Positions 16,590 through 26,053 of a stretch of 64,000 nucleotides of DNA are shown one piece after another. The notes beneath the pieces are model-generated. The model made no database searches. It saw only the letters and a program-made list of their open reading frames with translations, and was not told the DNA's origin. Source of the stretch: an uncultured Acidaminococcales bacterium (lineage in GTDB: Bacteria; Bacillota; Negativicutes; Acidaminococcales; Acidaminococcaceae); assembly GCA_964386405.1 (NCBI GenBank), contig CAYLRW010000001.1:7776-71775 (forward strand). The letters run 5' to 3'. Position 1 is the stretch's first letter. The number at the start of each line of letters is the position of its first letter. Position numbers and translations under genes: made by a program.

Positions 16590-16850
16590 AAAAAATCCCC
16601 TACTGAGAGAGGACAATAAAATATAGCTGCACACAAACGCCATTCTATATTGCCATGTTCCTATCTCCCGTAGGTAAAATGGTTTTACAGGCAGGTCTCC
16701 TGGCTTTGGATCCTAGCATGCACGCGCCTTCCCAGTTACCCAGTGGCATTTTGCGTTTAGCTCCCCATTACAGTAGCGGGACTGCGCCGGAATTTCACCG
16801 GTCTTCCCTTTTAAGTGATGAACTCGTCCATCACACCCGTTATATATTCC
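16590..16850 (-). promoter_or_regulatory. Cobalamin (B12) riboswitch with terminator-type expression platform
   Basis: The minus strand reads GGGAAGACCGGTGAAATTCCGGCGCAGTCCCGCTACTGTAA...GCCACTGGG...GGGAAGGC...AGCCAGGAGACCTGCC. The B12 box is at plus 16691-16707. A long-range stem follows (16659-16674 paired with 16599-16613), then a T-run just before the cobU RBS. Confidence 0.9.
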
Positions 16851-16894
16851 AATTTTATTATTCTACACTAAAATAATTTTACCTTCTAAATATA

Positions 16895-16933
16895 TAAAAA
16901 ATAGTGCAGCCGTAATTATACGTCTGCACTATC
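16895..16933 (-). terminator. Intrinsic terminator after the PduO-type adenosyltransferase gene
   Basis: A 9-bp stem atagtgcag/ctgcactat with a T-run on the minus strand. Confidence 0.7.
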
Positions 16934-16939
16934 TGTCAA

Positions 16940-17455
16940 TTATTCCTCATCAACCTCTATTTCGACCCTTGCCAAAATGAAGCAAAGATCAGAAAGACGA
17001 TTTAAACAAACTAAAGCATTTTCATTAACACTTTCTTTTTCGGCAACGCGTAAACATGCGCGCTCTGCACGTCTGGTTACTGTACGTGCCATATCCAATG
17101 CTGCGGCACCTGGTGTATCTCCAGGAATAATAAACCGTGACAAAGGTTTTAAAAGAGCATCAAACTGATCGATAGTCTGTTCTAGTAATGTTACGTGCTC
17201 AGAATTAATATATGGCTCTGGCAAATTTATGCTAGCAATGTCAGCCATCAGAGACATCAATAGTTGCTGTACTTTGTAGATAGTACCTTTGACGTCCTCT
17301 CTCTTCACCAAAGATCTTGCCAGACCTAAGGTAGAATTGACTTCGTCAATGGAACCGTACGCTTCCACACGCAAACTTTGTTTAGGAACCCTTTCACCAC
17401 TCAGGAGGCCAGTAGTTCCCTTGTCACCGGTTCGAGTATAAACACTTGCCTTCAT
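16940..17455 (-). CDS. PduO-type ATP:cob(I)alamin adenosyltransferase
   Basis: The N-terminal MKASVYTRTGDKGTTGL signature is typical of PduO-type adenosyltransferases. I set the start to ATG 17455. Confidence 0.85.
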   Translation of the reverse strand: MKASVYTRTGDKGTTGLLSGERVPKQSLRVEAYGSIDEVNSTLGLARSLVKREDVKGTIYKVQQLLMSLMADIASINLPEPYINSEHVTLLEQTIDQFDALLKPLSRFIIPGDTPGAAALDMARTVTRRAERACLRVAEKESVNENALVCLNRLSDLCFILARVEIEVDEE

Positions 17456-17482
17456 TTTGCCGCCACCCTTCAAGTTGATATA

Positions 17483-17896
17483 TCAGTAGATTTCTTCAGC
17501 TTTGAAGAAATTATTGATTTCACGAGCAGCACTTTCTTCACCGTCACTGCCATGAACAATGTTTTCGCCAATAGTAAGGGCAAAATCGCCGCGAATTGAG
17601 CCAGGAACTGCATCCAAAGGATTAGTAGCACCCATCATTCCTCTTACAGCTTTAATAGCGTTTTCGCCTGATACAACCATAGCTGCTACAGGACCGGAAG
17701 TGATGAACTCAACTAATTCGCCAAAGAAAGGTTTTTCTGCATGCTCAGCATAATGGAATTTTGCTTGTGCTTCAGTAATTTTTACTAATTTCAAAGCGGA
17801 TATTTTTAATCCTCTTCCTTCGAAACGCGAAATAACTTCGCCAATCAGGTTTTTCTTAACTCCATCTGGTTTAACAAGTACTAATGTTTGTTGCAT
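17483..17896 (-). CDS. ndk: Nucleoside diphosphate kinase
   Basis: 137 aa with [10 protein letters not shown] and the active-site region NIVHGSDG. Confidence 0.93.
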   Translation of the reverse strand: MQQTLVLVKPDGVKKNLIGEVISRFEGRGLKISALKLVKITEAQAKFHYAEHAEKPFFGELVEFITSGPVAAMVVSGENAIKAVRGMMGATNPLDAVPGSIRGDFALTIGENIVHGSDGEESAAREINNFFKAEEIY

Positions 17897-17950
17897 AATT
17901 AAATCTCTCCTCGTAATTAATTAAATTTATACTGAATCGCAAATGCGCTT

Positions 17951-19024
17951 CTAGTCCTTAAGTAATTCAGCATACTTCTTAGTATCAATATTCTTAATCA
18001 TAGCCGTAATTAATTTTACTGCTCCCAAATAGTCATCCATATGGATTATGCTTTGATGGCTATGGATATACCTGGTAGGTACACTAAATGTCAGGGTCAA
18101 TACGCCAGCATCATGCAAATGTATACGACCGCCATCAGTAGAGCCACCTTCAGAAATGCTAATTTGGGTAGGTACGCCAATCTCCTTGGCTACTGAAAAA
18201 GCATAGTCTCGCAAAGCAATATTTGGCAGCATGCCAGCATCATATATTGTAATTGCAATACCCTTACCAATTTTTGCAGGAGCTATATCATCTGAGACAC
18301 CAGGCGTGCCTCCAGCAACGCAAGTATCTATGACAAAAGCAATATCAGGTTTAAGCATATTAACGCTAGTCTGTGCTCCCCGCAGACCAACTTCTTCCTG
18401 CACCGTCGCAACACCATAAACAGTGTTTTGATGTTTAGCTGCAGCAACCTGTTCCATAACATCAGCCATAATTGCACAGCCAATTCTGTTATCCCACGCC
18501 TTGCCAAGAAGAGTTTTACCATCCCCCATAACTGCAAAAGCAGCGTATGGGGTAGCAGCAGAACCTTCTGTTACGCCCAGCAACCTTGCATTTGCCTCAT
18601 CAGCGGCACCTATATCAATATACATATCCTTTTTCTGTACTACCTTACTACGCTCTTCCGGCGTTAAGATGTGAGGTGGTTTGCTCCCTATTACTCCAAC
18701 CAAATCGCCCTTAGTACCATGTACTGTTACGCGCTGACCAAGCATGACCTGCTCCCACCAGCCGCCTAAACAAACAAAATTAAGAAAGCCCTCTTTAGTT
18801 ATATGTTTTACCATAAAACCAATTTCATCCATATGACTGGCTAGCATAATTTTTGGTTCTTTTTTCGCTCCTGCTGCCGTAAAAATGACGCTGCCCAGCT
18901 TGTCGTAAGAAACCTCCGCTTTTTTATCCAAGCGTTCTATCAGTAAATCTTTAATTCTTCCTTCAAAACCAGAAACTCCACAAGTTTCTGAGTATTTTTT
19001 CAACCATTTCATTTTTTCATCCAT
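17951..19024 (-). CDS. M42 family metallopeptidase (glutamyl aminopeptidase/FrvX-like)
   Basis: Family-typical segments include SGFEG, HMDEIGF, VQEEVGLRGA and a C-terminal HS motif. I set the start to ATG 19024, which has GAAGGAG upstream. Confidence 0.8.
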   Translation of the reverse strand: MDEKMKWLKKYSETCGVSGFEGRIKDLLIERLDKKAEVSYDKLGSVIFTAAGAKKEPKIMLASHMDEIGFMVKHITKEGFLNFVCLGGWWEQVMLGQRVTVHGTKGDLVGVIGSKPPHILTPEERSKVVQKKDMYIDIGAADEANARLLGVTEGSAATPYAAFAVMGDGKTLLGKAWDNRIGCAIMADVMEQVAAAKHQNTVYGVATVQEEVGLRGAQTSVNMLKPDIAFVIDTCVAGGTPGVSDDIAPAKIGKGIAITIYDAGMLPNIALRDYAFSVAKEIGVPTQISISEGGSTDGGRIHLHDAGVLTLTFSVPTRYIHSHQSIIHMDDYLGAVKLITAMIKNIDTKKYAELLKD

Positions 19025-19112
19025 AACCGGTTCTCCTTCATAAGAAATGTTATCTATGAAACTCTTAAACAATTCACATTATATCATCTCAAAACATCAT
19101 TGTCGAAGCTTT

Positions 19113-19152
19113 TAAAAGAAAAACAAGGTAAAGCATATGCTTTACCTTGTTA
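19113..19152 (-). terminator. Intrinsic terminator after htpX
   Basis: A 14-bp palindromic stem aacaaggtaaagca/tgctttaccttgtt, followed by a T-run on the minus strand. Confidence 0.8.
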
Positions 19153-19160
19153 ACAATTAC

Positions 19161-20036
19161 TTAAACCCTATCAATTCTACGTGCAAGTTCTTTAAGTTTT
19201 TCGATTCTACTTTCTGTCGTTGGGTGCGTGCTGAAAAGATTCATCAATGCTTTATGGCTTGCCGACAAAGGATTAATGATAAACATGTGGGCCGTCGAAG
19301 CAGTTGCTTCAGGCATTATCCTTCTGTGTGCATAATCATCAATTTTTGCCAAAGCACTTGCTAACGCCAAAGGATTGCCGCACATCCTGCCGCCAGATTC
19401 ATCAGCCATGTATTCGCGTGATCTGGAAATACCAAATTGAATCAAAGTAGCAGCTATCGGAGCAATAATAACGGTTACCAGCAAACCAGCAATACCTCCA
19501 TTGCTTTCTTCATCATTATTGCCGCGGCCAAACCCGCCGAAAATAGCCCCCCACTGAACAATGTTACCAATCGTAGATATTACACCAGCAATTGTGGCGA
19601 CAATAGTACTTATTAAAATATCGTGGTTTTTAATGTGGCTAAGTTCGTGCGCTAAAACACCTTCCATCTCTTCCCTTGATAAAAGCTGCATGATGCCGCT
19701 TGTAACTGCCACTGATGCGTGCTCGGCATTGCGTCCGGTAGCAAAAGCATTTGGAACCGGCTCATCAATAATATATACTTTTGGCATTGGCAGTTGTGCA
19801 CGACGGGCCAAACCAGCAACAATTTTAATTAACTCGGGCGCTGTGTTAATGTCGACCTCTTCTGCATTATACATTTTTAAAACCATAGTATCACTATACC
19901 AGTAGCTGAAAAAATTCATTGCAATAGAAAACGCCAGCATTACAAGCATACCATTCGTACCACCGACTGCTCCACCGACAGCAACAAGAATCATTGTTAA
20001 TAACGTCAACAAAAATACTGTTTTTAAACTGTTCAT
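19161..20036 (-). CDS. htpX: Zinc metalloprotease HtpX (M48 family)
   Basis: It has the HELSH zinc motif, four TM segments and an AGGAGG RBS. Confidence 0.9.
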   Translation of the reverse strand: MNSLKTVFLLTLLTMILVAVGGAVGGTNGMLVMLAFSIAMNFFSYWYSDTMVLKMYNAEEVDINTAPELIKIVAGLARRAQLPMPKVYIIDEPVPNAFATGRNAEHASVAVTSGIMQLLSREEMEGVLAHELSHIKNHDILISTIVATIAGVISTIGNIVQWGAIFGGFGRGNNDEESNGGIAGLLVTVIIAPIAATLIQFGISRSREYMADESGGRMCGNPLALASALAKIDDYAHRRIMPEATASTAHMFIINPLSASHKALMNLFSTHPTTESRIEKLKELARRIDRV

Positions 20037-20147
20037 ATATCCTCCTAAAGTATGTAGCTATAAGCTATTATGAACATTATATAAAAGCTTTAACAGTCCT
20101 ACAAGAGATAAAAGTAAAGAATATGTGAAAAATTTACTTATTGGGTA

Positions 20148-20582
20148 TTATTTTTCTATTTGTGCCTTTACAGCTGCCAGCATATTTTCACTGTTTTCAC
20201 GTACTTTTCGTTTTAAAATAGGATTTAGCAGACCAGCAATCATCGGTATGCCAAATTCAAAATCAACAGAAAGCACAACTTCCACTCCATCATTTGAATC
20301 AGAAAGCCGCCATTCACCTTCCATTTTTTTTAAGTCGCCTTCAGTTTGCTTATAGGTAATTCTTTTTTCAGCATCATAAAAATTATCTTTTTCAGTCCAG
20401 ACTATACGCCTGCCATCGACATTTGAGATCCAATGGCTAATAGTATAATCCGTCCCCTTTTCTAAAATTTTGACGCTTTCAAGGTCATTCATGAAGCTTG
20501 GATATGCTTCCATATTTTTGACTATATTATAAATATCATCAATGTCACCATTAATTATTGTTTTTGTTTCCACATAAGGCAT
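20148..20582 (-). CDS. SRPBCC (START/polyketide-cyclase/RatA-like) family protein
   Basis: 144 aa. The pattern of beta-rich segments and a C-terminal helix is typical of the Polyketide_cyc2/RatA-like fold. This is my recognition only. Confidence 0.6.
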   Translation of the reverse strand: MPYVETKTIINGDIDDIYNIVKNMEAYPSFMNDLESVKILEKGTDYTISHWISNVDGRRIVWTEKDNFYDAEKRITYKQTEGDLKKMEGEWRLSDSNDGVEVVLSVDFEFGIPMIAGLLNPILKRKVRENSENMLAAVKAQIEK

Positions 20583-20599
20583 CTTTATTACACACTCCC

Positions 20600-21841
20600 T
20601 TATAGTTCCTCAATAACATCATTGGTTTGTTGTATAGCTTTACGAAAAGCTGCTAAAACTTGGTCAATAACTTCAATAGGCATTATTAAAGGCGGCTCCA
20701 TGCGAATTACTTTAGGATTGTTGAGGGTATAGGCAATCAAGATATTGCTATCAATCATCAAGGACATCAGCATGCCTCCGGCACCTTCTTTAGTCAGTTC
20801 AATGCCAATCATCATACCCAGCCCGCGTACCTCTTTAATAACCAAAGGATAATCCTTCTGTATCTCTTCTAAACCTTTTTTTAAATATGCGCCGGCAGCG
20901 GCACCACGATTCAGCAAATCCTCTTCTTCGATAACTTTCAAAGTAGCTATACCTGCTACACAAGCCATTTGGTTGCCGCCAAATGTCGAAGTATGTAAGA
21001 AAGGTGACTCAATTAGTCCAGACCATACTTCTGGTGTAGCTGTAAAAGAACCAATGGGCATAATGCCTCCGCCAAGAGCCTTAGCCAATGCCATAATATC
21101 AGGAGTAACGCCTTCATGGTCGACAGCAAACCACTTGCCAGTACGGCCTATGCCTGTCTGAACTTCATCAGCTATCATCAACACACCGTATTTATCACAC
21201 AAATTACGAACCGCAGTCAGATAACCAGCAGGCGGTACAATAATGCCGCCTTCACCTTGAACAGGTTCCAGAATTACAGCGGCAGTATCAGTATCAATCG
21301 CAGCTTCCATCGCCGCTATATTGCCAAATTCAACATGCGTAAAATTTTGCAATAAAGGTTCAAATGGTTTTCTGAATAAATCTCTGCCCGTAGCAGTCAA
21401 AGAACCGTATGTCTTGCCGTGAAACGCATTTTGAGCAGCTATATATTTCTTTCTGCCTGTTGCCAGTCTTGCTATTTTCAGAGCGCCTTCTACGGCCTCA
21501 GTTCCACTGTTAACAAAGAAACTGTACTGAAGATTACCAGGAGTAATCTCAGCCAAGCGTTCAGCTAAATCGGCCATAGGACGATTAAATAATATTTCTC
21601 CGCACATTGGAATAGTGTCTAAAGCACCTTTAACAGCTTCAACTATTTTTGGATGACGATGTCCCAGACAAAACATACCATAGCCGCCAAGGCAGTCGAT
21701 GAATTCCCTGCCATCACTATCGGTTATTATCCATCCTTCAGCCTTTGTTTCTACGCTTGCCAGTCCCATAAACCTGAATAAACGTGCTACTGCTGGATTA
21801 AGGTATTTTTCATATTTTTCAATTGTTTCTTCTACATACAT
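20600..21841 (-). CDS. Class III PLP aminotransferase (acetylornithine/putrescine/GABA aminotransferase-like)
   Basis: Motifs are NSGTEAVEGALK, ADEVQTGIGRTG and the Schiff-base Lys in DIMALAKALGGG. I set the start to ATG 21841. Confidence 0.85.
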   Translation of the reverse strand: MYVEETIEKYEKYLNPAVARLFRFMGLASVETKAEGWIITDSDGREFIDCLGGYGMFCLGHRHPKIVEAVKGALDTIPMCGEILFNRPMADLAERLAEITPGNLQYSFFVNSGTEAVEGALKIARLATGRKKYIAAQNAFHGKTYGSLTATGRDLFRKPFEPLLQNFTHVEFGNIAAMEAAIDTDTAAVILEPVQGEGGIIVPPAGYLTAVRNLCDKYGVLMIADEVQTGIGRTGKWFAVDHEGVTPDIMALAKALGGGIMPIGSFTATPEVWSGLIESPFLHTSTFGGNQMACVAGIATLKVIEEEDLLNRGAAAGAYLKKGLEEIQKDYPLVIKEVRGLGMMIGIELTKEGAGGMLMSLMIDSNILIAYTLNNPKVIRMEPPLIMPIEVIDQVLAAFRKAIQQTNDVIEEL

Positions 21842-21873
21842 AATATTCACACCTCTGATATATAAAAATATGA

Positions 21874-23076
21874 TTAATGTACAATACTAGAAGCACTGAC
21901 GAATTTGATGCCACTATCTTTTAAAGAACTATAGACTTCCGACCATGCTTTAGCGGTATTTGGTCTGGCATGACATATTACTACTGCAAGACCGTTTTTG
22001 TCAGCCATTTCAGCCGCTGCCCAGATATTTTTCTTTATATCATCCACATCGGAACTGTTATCCAGAAACTTCTGGTTTCTGGCGGTTGGTATACCTAATT
22101 CCTCTGCCGCCTGGTCACCTATTGATTTTGAATAAGTATTGCTATCAATAAAAAACAACCCTTCTGCTTTCAGTACTTCAAGAACTGCTTTCATAGTAGT
22201 TCGATTAGAAGTTGCTTTTGACCCCTGATGATTATTAACACCAGCTATGCCAGGTAAACTATCAACTGCCTCTTTGGTATACGCCTGTACTTCGTCCTTC
22301 GTCATAGCAACGGTAACCATCTTTGATTCAGAAGCAGCTGATGGATCTAAAGGCTCCATGGGCAGATGCAGCATTGCCTCTTTGCCATTACTTTGAATAA
22401 CACTAAGAGCAGCGCTGCTGTTCGCTTTAAATGGTAATATTGCAAAACTCATTTTAATTGGCAAACCGGATAATTTCTGCACCGGAGCAAGATCATACCC
22501 ACAGTCATCAACAATAACAGCCAGATTTCCGCTATATTTCTTGTCCTTAGTTGCATTATATACTGTCAACGTATCGGTAATGCATGTTACTTCCTGAGTT
22601 CCTGCCTTCCCGTAAATAGCAACTTCAAGAACTATCGCTTTACTTCCAGCAAACGATGTATTTTTCCTGGAAATTATGAAAAGATTTTCAGCTTTTGCTT
22701 TGCCGGTAATCCATGTCGCTGCAGCTTCCAAGTCTTCTGCTGTTGGGACACTTACTGCTAATTTTCGTTCAGTCCATAGGATATTTCCTTTTTTATCAGC
22801 ACGTTCCTCTTTGCGTTCCACAACATCATTATCAGAAACGCTCCATGATGTCTTCGAAGCAAAAATATTATCAAGCGCTTCATGAGCAGACTTTGATCTG
22901 CCACGCAAATCCAAGTCAGCAGACTGCACTTTTTGTTTGCCATCATCAGAATTTTTTTTAGCTGTATCTTTGCCAGATGCATAAAAAAAACCACCGGCAA
23001 CAGCTAATGCCAAGAAAATAATTAAAAGTAAAAAACCGCTGCCTCGTGAATTTCTTCTTCTAATTCTTTTTGCCAT
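21874..23076 (-). CDS. Divergent polysaccharide deacetylase family protein (YibQ-like) with N-terminal membrane anchor
   Basis: A basic N-terminus plus a TM segment (FLLLIIFLALAVAGGFF), followed by a LAVIVDDCGYD-type catalytic region. I set the start to ATG 23076, which has AGGAGG 6 nt upstream. Confidence 0.7.
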   Translation of the reverse strand: MAKRIRRRNSRGSGFLLLIIFLALAVAGGFFYASGKDTAKKNSDDGKQKVQSADLDLRGRSKSAHEALDNIFASKTSWSVSDNDVVERKEERADKKGNILWTERKLAVSVPTAEDLEAAATWITGKAKAENLFIISRKNTSFAGSKAIVLEVAIYGKAGTQEVTCITDTLTVYNATKDKKYSGNLAVIVDDCGYDLAPVQKLSGLPIKMSFAILPFKANSSAALSVIQSNGKEAMLHLPMEPLDPSAASESKMVTVAMTKDEVQAYTKEAVDSLPGIAGVNNHQGSKATSNRTTMKAVLEVLKAEGLFFIDSNTYSKSIGDQAAEELGIPTARNQKFLDNSSDVDDIKKNIWAAAEMADKNGLAVVICHARPNTAKAWSEVYSSLKDSGIKFVSASSIVH

Positions 23077-23092
23077 GTCGTCCTCCTGGTAA

Positions 23093-23974
23093 TTAGGCAC
23101 GTGGATGTGCTTTGTCATATATCAGTCGCAAACGTTTATTTGTTAAGTGCGTATAAATTTGGGTAGTAGAAATATCCGAATGTCCCAATAGTTCCTGCAC
23201 GCTCCTCAGATCAGCACCATTGTCCAACAAGTGCGTTGCAAAGGAGTGCCGTAATATGTGGGGTGATAATTCTTTGCGAATACCTGCTTTTTCCCCATAA
23301 TCTTTGATAATTTGCCAAAATCGCTGTCTGGTCAAGCCGTTACCATAAACAGAGAGAAACAAGTGTTTTTCATCATTGTTATTAGTATGTAAATACTTCG
23401 GCCGCACGACATTAAGATAGGTGTCCAAATAGCTTATCGCCGTTTTGCCTAAAGGAATTATTCTTTCCTTTGAACCTTTGCCAAAAGCAATCACATACTT
23501 CATATTTAGATTTAGATTGGAAACGTTAAGATTTACCATTTCAGATACACGCATGCCTGTTGCATAAAGCAATTCCAGCATAGTACGATCACGATAGCCT
23601 TCATCAGTAGCTGTATCGGGAGCATCTAGAAGCATCTCAACCTCATTAAGGTTGAGAACACGCGGCAGCCTTGTTCCTTTCGTTCCAGCTTCAATTACTT
23701 GGGCAGGGTCGGAAGCAATATAGCCTTCTGCATTCATAAAGCGATAGAAAGATTTAAGAGCAGCTAATCTGCGGGCAATACTGGTAGGAGCGTATCCTTT
23801 GTTTTTCAGATATTGCATATAAGCAATTATATCTGAGCGCTTAACTTGGCGAAGATCTTTTTCAGCATTTGCTTGAAAAAGTTCAATGTCACGAACATAT
23901 GCCTGTTTGGTGTTTGGTGATAAACCTAGTTCGACAGTAATATATTCAAGAAAAAGTTTAACATCAGCAACCAT
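23093..23974 (-). CDS. xerD: Tyrosine site-specific recombinase XerD/XerC
   Basis: The N-terminal SAM-like domain carries LSPNTKQAYVRDIELF. The C-terminal catalytic HILRHSFATHLL...GHSDISTTQIYTH includes the Tyr nucleophile. Confidence 0.8.
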   Translation of the reverse strand: MVADVKLFLEYITVELGLSPNTKQAYVRDIELFQANAEKDLRQVKRSDIIAYMQYLKNKGYAPTSIARRLAALKSFYRFMNAEGYIASDPAQVIEAGTKGTRLPRVLNLNEVEMLLDAPDTATDEGYRDRTMLELLYATGMRVSEMVNLNVSNLNLNMKYVIAFGKGSKERIIPLGKTAISYLDTYLNVVRPKYLHTNNNDEKHLFLSVYGNGLTRQRFWQIIKDYGEKAGIRKELSPHILRHSFATHLLDNGADLRSVQELLGHSDISTTQIYTHLTNKRLRLIYDKAHPRA

Positions 23975-24028
23975 AAAAAGGCCTCCTAAAAAAGAAAAGC
24001 TACACTAAGAGTGAGCCTTTCTTAATAC

Positions 24029-24289
24029 TTATTCCTTTTTTTCCGCTTTTTCTGCCACCATTATCTGAATGCTAGCCACTGGTGCAATTGTAGAAATAGC
24101 ATGTTTATAAACCAGCTGTTGCTTACCATCATTCTCAATGATTACTGTAAAATTATCGAAGCCTCTGACAAGTCCTCTTATTTGAAAACCGTTTACTAGA
24201 TAAATTACAACGGCAAGATTTTCTTTTCTTACATGATTCAAAAAGCTGTCCTGCAAATTAATAGCTGTTTTTGCGGAATTAGTATTCAA
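24029..24289 (-). CDS. hfq: RNA chaperone Hfq
   Basis: It has the Sm1/Sm2 motifs (LQDSFLN...[13 protein letters not shown]...YKHAISTI). It uses a TTG start with GAGGGGGG 6 nt upstream. Confidence 0.93.
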   Translation of the reverse strand: MNTNSAKTAINLQDSFLNHVRKENLAVVIYLVNGFQIRGLVRGFDNFTVIIENDGKQQLVYKHAISTIAPVASIQIMVAEKAEKKE

Positions 24290-24333
24290 ATTAAGCCCCC
24301 CTCATTAAAATCTCCGTCTCTAATACATTAATC

Positions 24334-25263
24334 TTACAGCAGTTTATATTTTTTAACAAGTATTTGATACATTTCTTCGACTATCTGGTCATAATCATCA
24401 TAATCTTCCAGATCAAACCATTTGATATAGGGCATCTTATTGTACCAGGTCACCTGACGCTTAGCAAAATTACGCGTATACTGCTTAACCTTATCAATTG
24501 CTTCGTCCTTCGTAAGTTCACCATTAAAATATTGAGCAACCTGTTTATAACCTATACTCTTCATAGACTGTGCATCTGTAGGTACTCCGGTCTCCAACAA
24601 TCCCTTGGTTTCTGCAAAAAGACCATCCCTGACCATCGCATCAACACGTAGATTGATGCGTTCATACAGTTTTTCTCTGGACATACGTAACCCAAAGACA
24701 ACGGCATCGTAGGCAATTTCCTCATCACGTTCCTGTGAAACCTTCTCCCCATGCAAAGCGGTCTCTATCGCTCTTATAATTCTGCGTCTGTCATTAAAAT
24801 GCAACCTATCCGCTTCCCTTTTATCCAAAGCAGCTAATCTTGCGTGCAACGCTTCATTACCATATTCATCTGCAAAACTTTCCAATTCCTTACGCAGCTC
24901 ATTTTTTTCATCAATAGCTGCAAAATCATAATTTTCCAAAAGGGCCTTAATATACAAACCGGTACCACCAACAATCAGTGGAATTTTATCTTGTGCGTTC
25001 AGGTCGATAATCAGTTTCTCAGCCATCAACTTAAAATCAAACACATTAAAATTTTCATCTGGCTCCAGAATATTGACAAAATGATGAGGGACTGATGCCA
25101 GTTCAGTATCACTTGGCTTGGCAGTCCCAATATTCATATTTCTATAAACAAGCATTGAATCACCTGATAAAATTTCCGTTTTTAAACGCATGGCCAACTT
25201 TATTCCACAATTACTCTTACCGGTAGCGGTAGGGCCAAGAATGACGACAACTTTAGGTTTCAT
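24334..25263 (-). CDS. miaA: tRNA dimethylallyltransferase
   Basis: It has the P-loop VVILGPTATGKS. I set the start to ATG 25263, which has AGGAGAAG upstream. The track's N-terminal extension overlaps the upstream gene. Confidence 0.9.
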   Translation of the reverse strand: MKPKVVVILGPTATGKSNCGIKLAMRLKTEILSGDSMLVYRNMNIGTAKPSDTELASVPHHFVNILEPDENFNVFDFKLMAEKLIIDLNAQDKIPLIVGGTGLYIKALLENYDFAAIDEKNELRKELESFADEYGNEALHARLAALDKREADRLHFNDRRRIIRAIETALHGEKVSQERDEEIAYDAVVFGLRMSREKLYERINLRVDAMVRDGLFAETKGLLETGVPTDAQSMKSIGYKQVAQYFNGELTKDEAIDKVKQYTRNFAKRQVTWYNKMPYIKWFDLEDYDDYDQIVEEMYQILVKKYKLL

Positions 25264-25267
25264 CTGA

Positions 25268-26044
25268 TTATCTTCTCCTAATGCCATATTTAACTCTGCT
25301 GTAGCGCCCGCCTTGCACTTCTGAAATACCAAGTTTTTCAAGCGTCTTCACACTGCGTTCTTTGACAACCACTACAGGTGCAACACGTAGAGCTTGAGCA
25401 ATAATATCTTCTTCAAGAGGCTCATCATATGCTAGCGGTCTTAGTGGAACCATATTGGCCGAACTCTGTACAGGATGTCGAAACATTGGATCAAAATAAA
25501 CGACATCAAAAGAGTTATCTGGCAATATCTTAAAATATTCAGCAGCCGTTGTATGCACTGTTTCAATACGATGAAAAGCCTTAATCATGTTTTCATCTTT
25601 ATCATGATAAGTGAGTAAACCATTCGTAACAACAAACCAAATAGGCATCGAAGCCTCTAAGGCTACTACTCTTCCTGTGTCACCACATATATGGGCAGCA
25701 ATGGTCGCATCTCCTGCCAATCCCATCGTGCAATCCAAAACTTTCATACCACGTTTCAAACCGAGGGCTTCGACGAAATTATCATTTTCTCCCAGCAAAA
25801 GCCTTTTTAGTCTCAATGCTGCCATTCCAGGATGAAAAAACAAGGTTCCTTCACAGGAAAAAACCTGTGGTCCTTTGTTAGTTGCAACAATCAAAGCGTC
25901 AAGGTTATTATCACGCAATATTGTTTCCAGATTTCCTTTGGAAAGCCTCGCAAGATAAGGTACATTTAATTCTAACGCCCACTTTTTAGCAACTGCAGGC
26001 AAATTAGGCGAACCGTTAAGCCCTGTTATAACTGCAAAACGCAT
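25268..26044 (-). CDS. Class I SAM-dependent methyltransferase, RsmJ-like
   Basis: It has the SAM motif VLDCTMGLAGD and a DVVYFDPMF motif, as in the RsmJ/DUF548 family. Confidence 0.65.
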   Translation of the reverse strand: MRFAVITGLNGSPNLPAVAKKWALELNVPYLARLSKGNLETILRDNNLDALIVATNKGPQVFSCEGTLFFHPGMAALRLKRLLLGENDNFVEALGLKRGMKVLDCTMGLAGDATIAAHICGDTGRVVALEASMPIWFVVTNGLLTYHDKDENMIKAFHRIETVHTTAAEYFKILPDNSFDVVYFDPMFRHPVQSSANMVPLRPLAYDEPLEEDIIAQALRVAPVVVVKERSVKTLEKLGISEVQGGRYSRVKYGIRRR

Positions 26045-26053
26045 ACTAATCTC

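Noticed and set aside
20090-20140. An AAGTAAA-N15-TTTACTT inverted repeat upstream of htpX, considered as a possible third copy of the TGCAAGTAA/TTACTTGCA motif.
   Set aside because: Only the AT-rich inner 7 nt match. The outer TGC/GCA bases are absent and the spacer length differs (15 versus 10-11 nt). This is plausibly chance in AT-rich DNA.
23093-23974. A tyrosine recombinase as a possible integrase marking a mobile element.
   Set aside because: It has the XerD/XerC-type N-terminal and catalytic motifs and sits among housekeeping genes. There are no flanking repeats, tRNA gene, phage genes or transposon genes.
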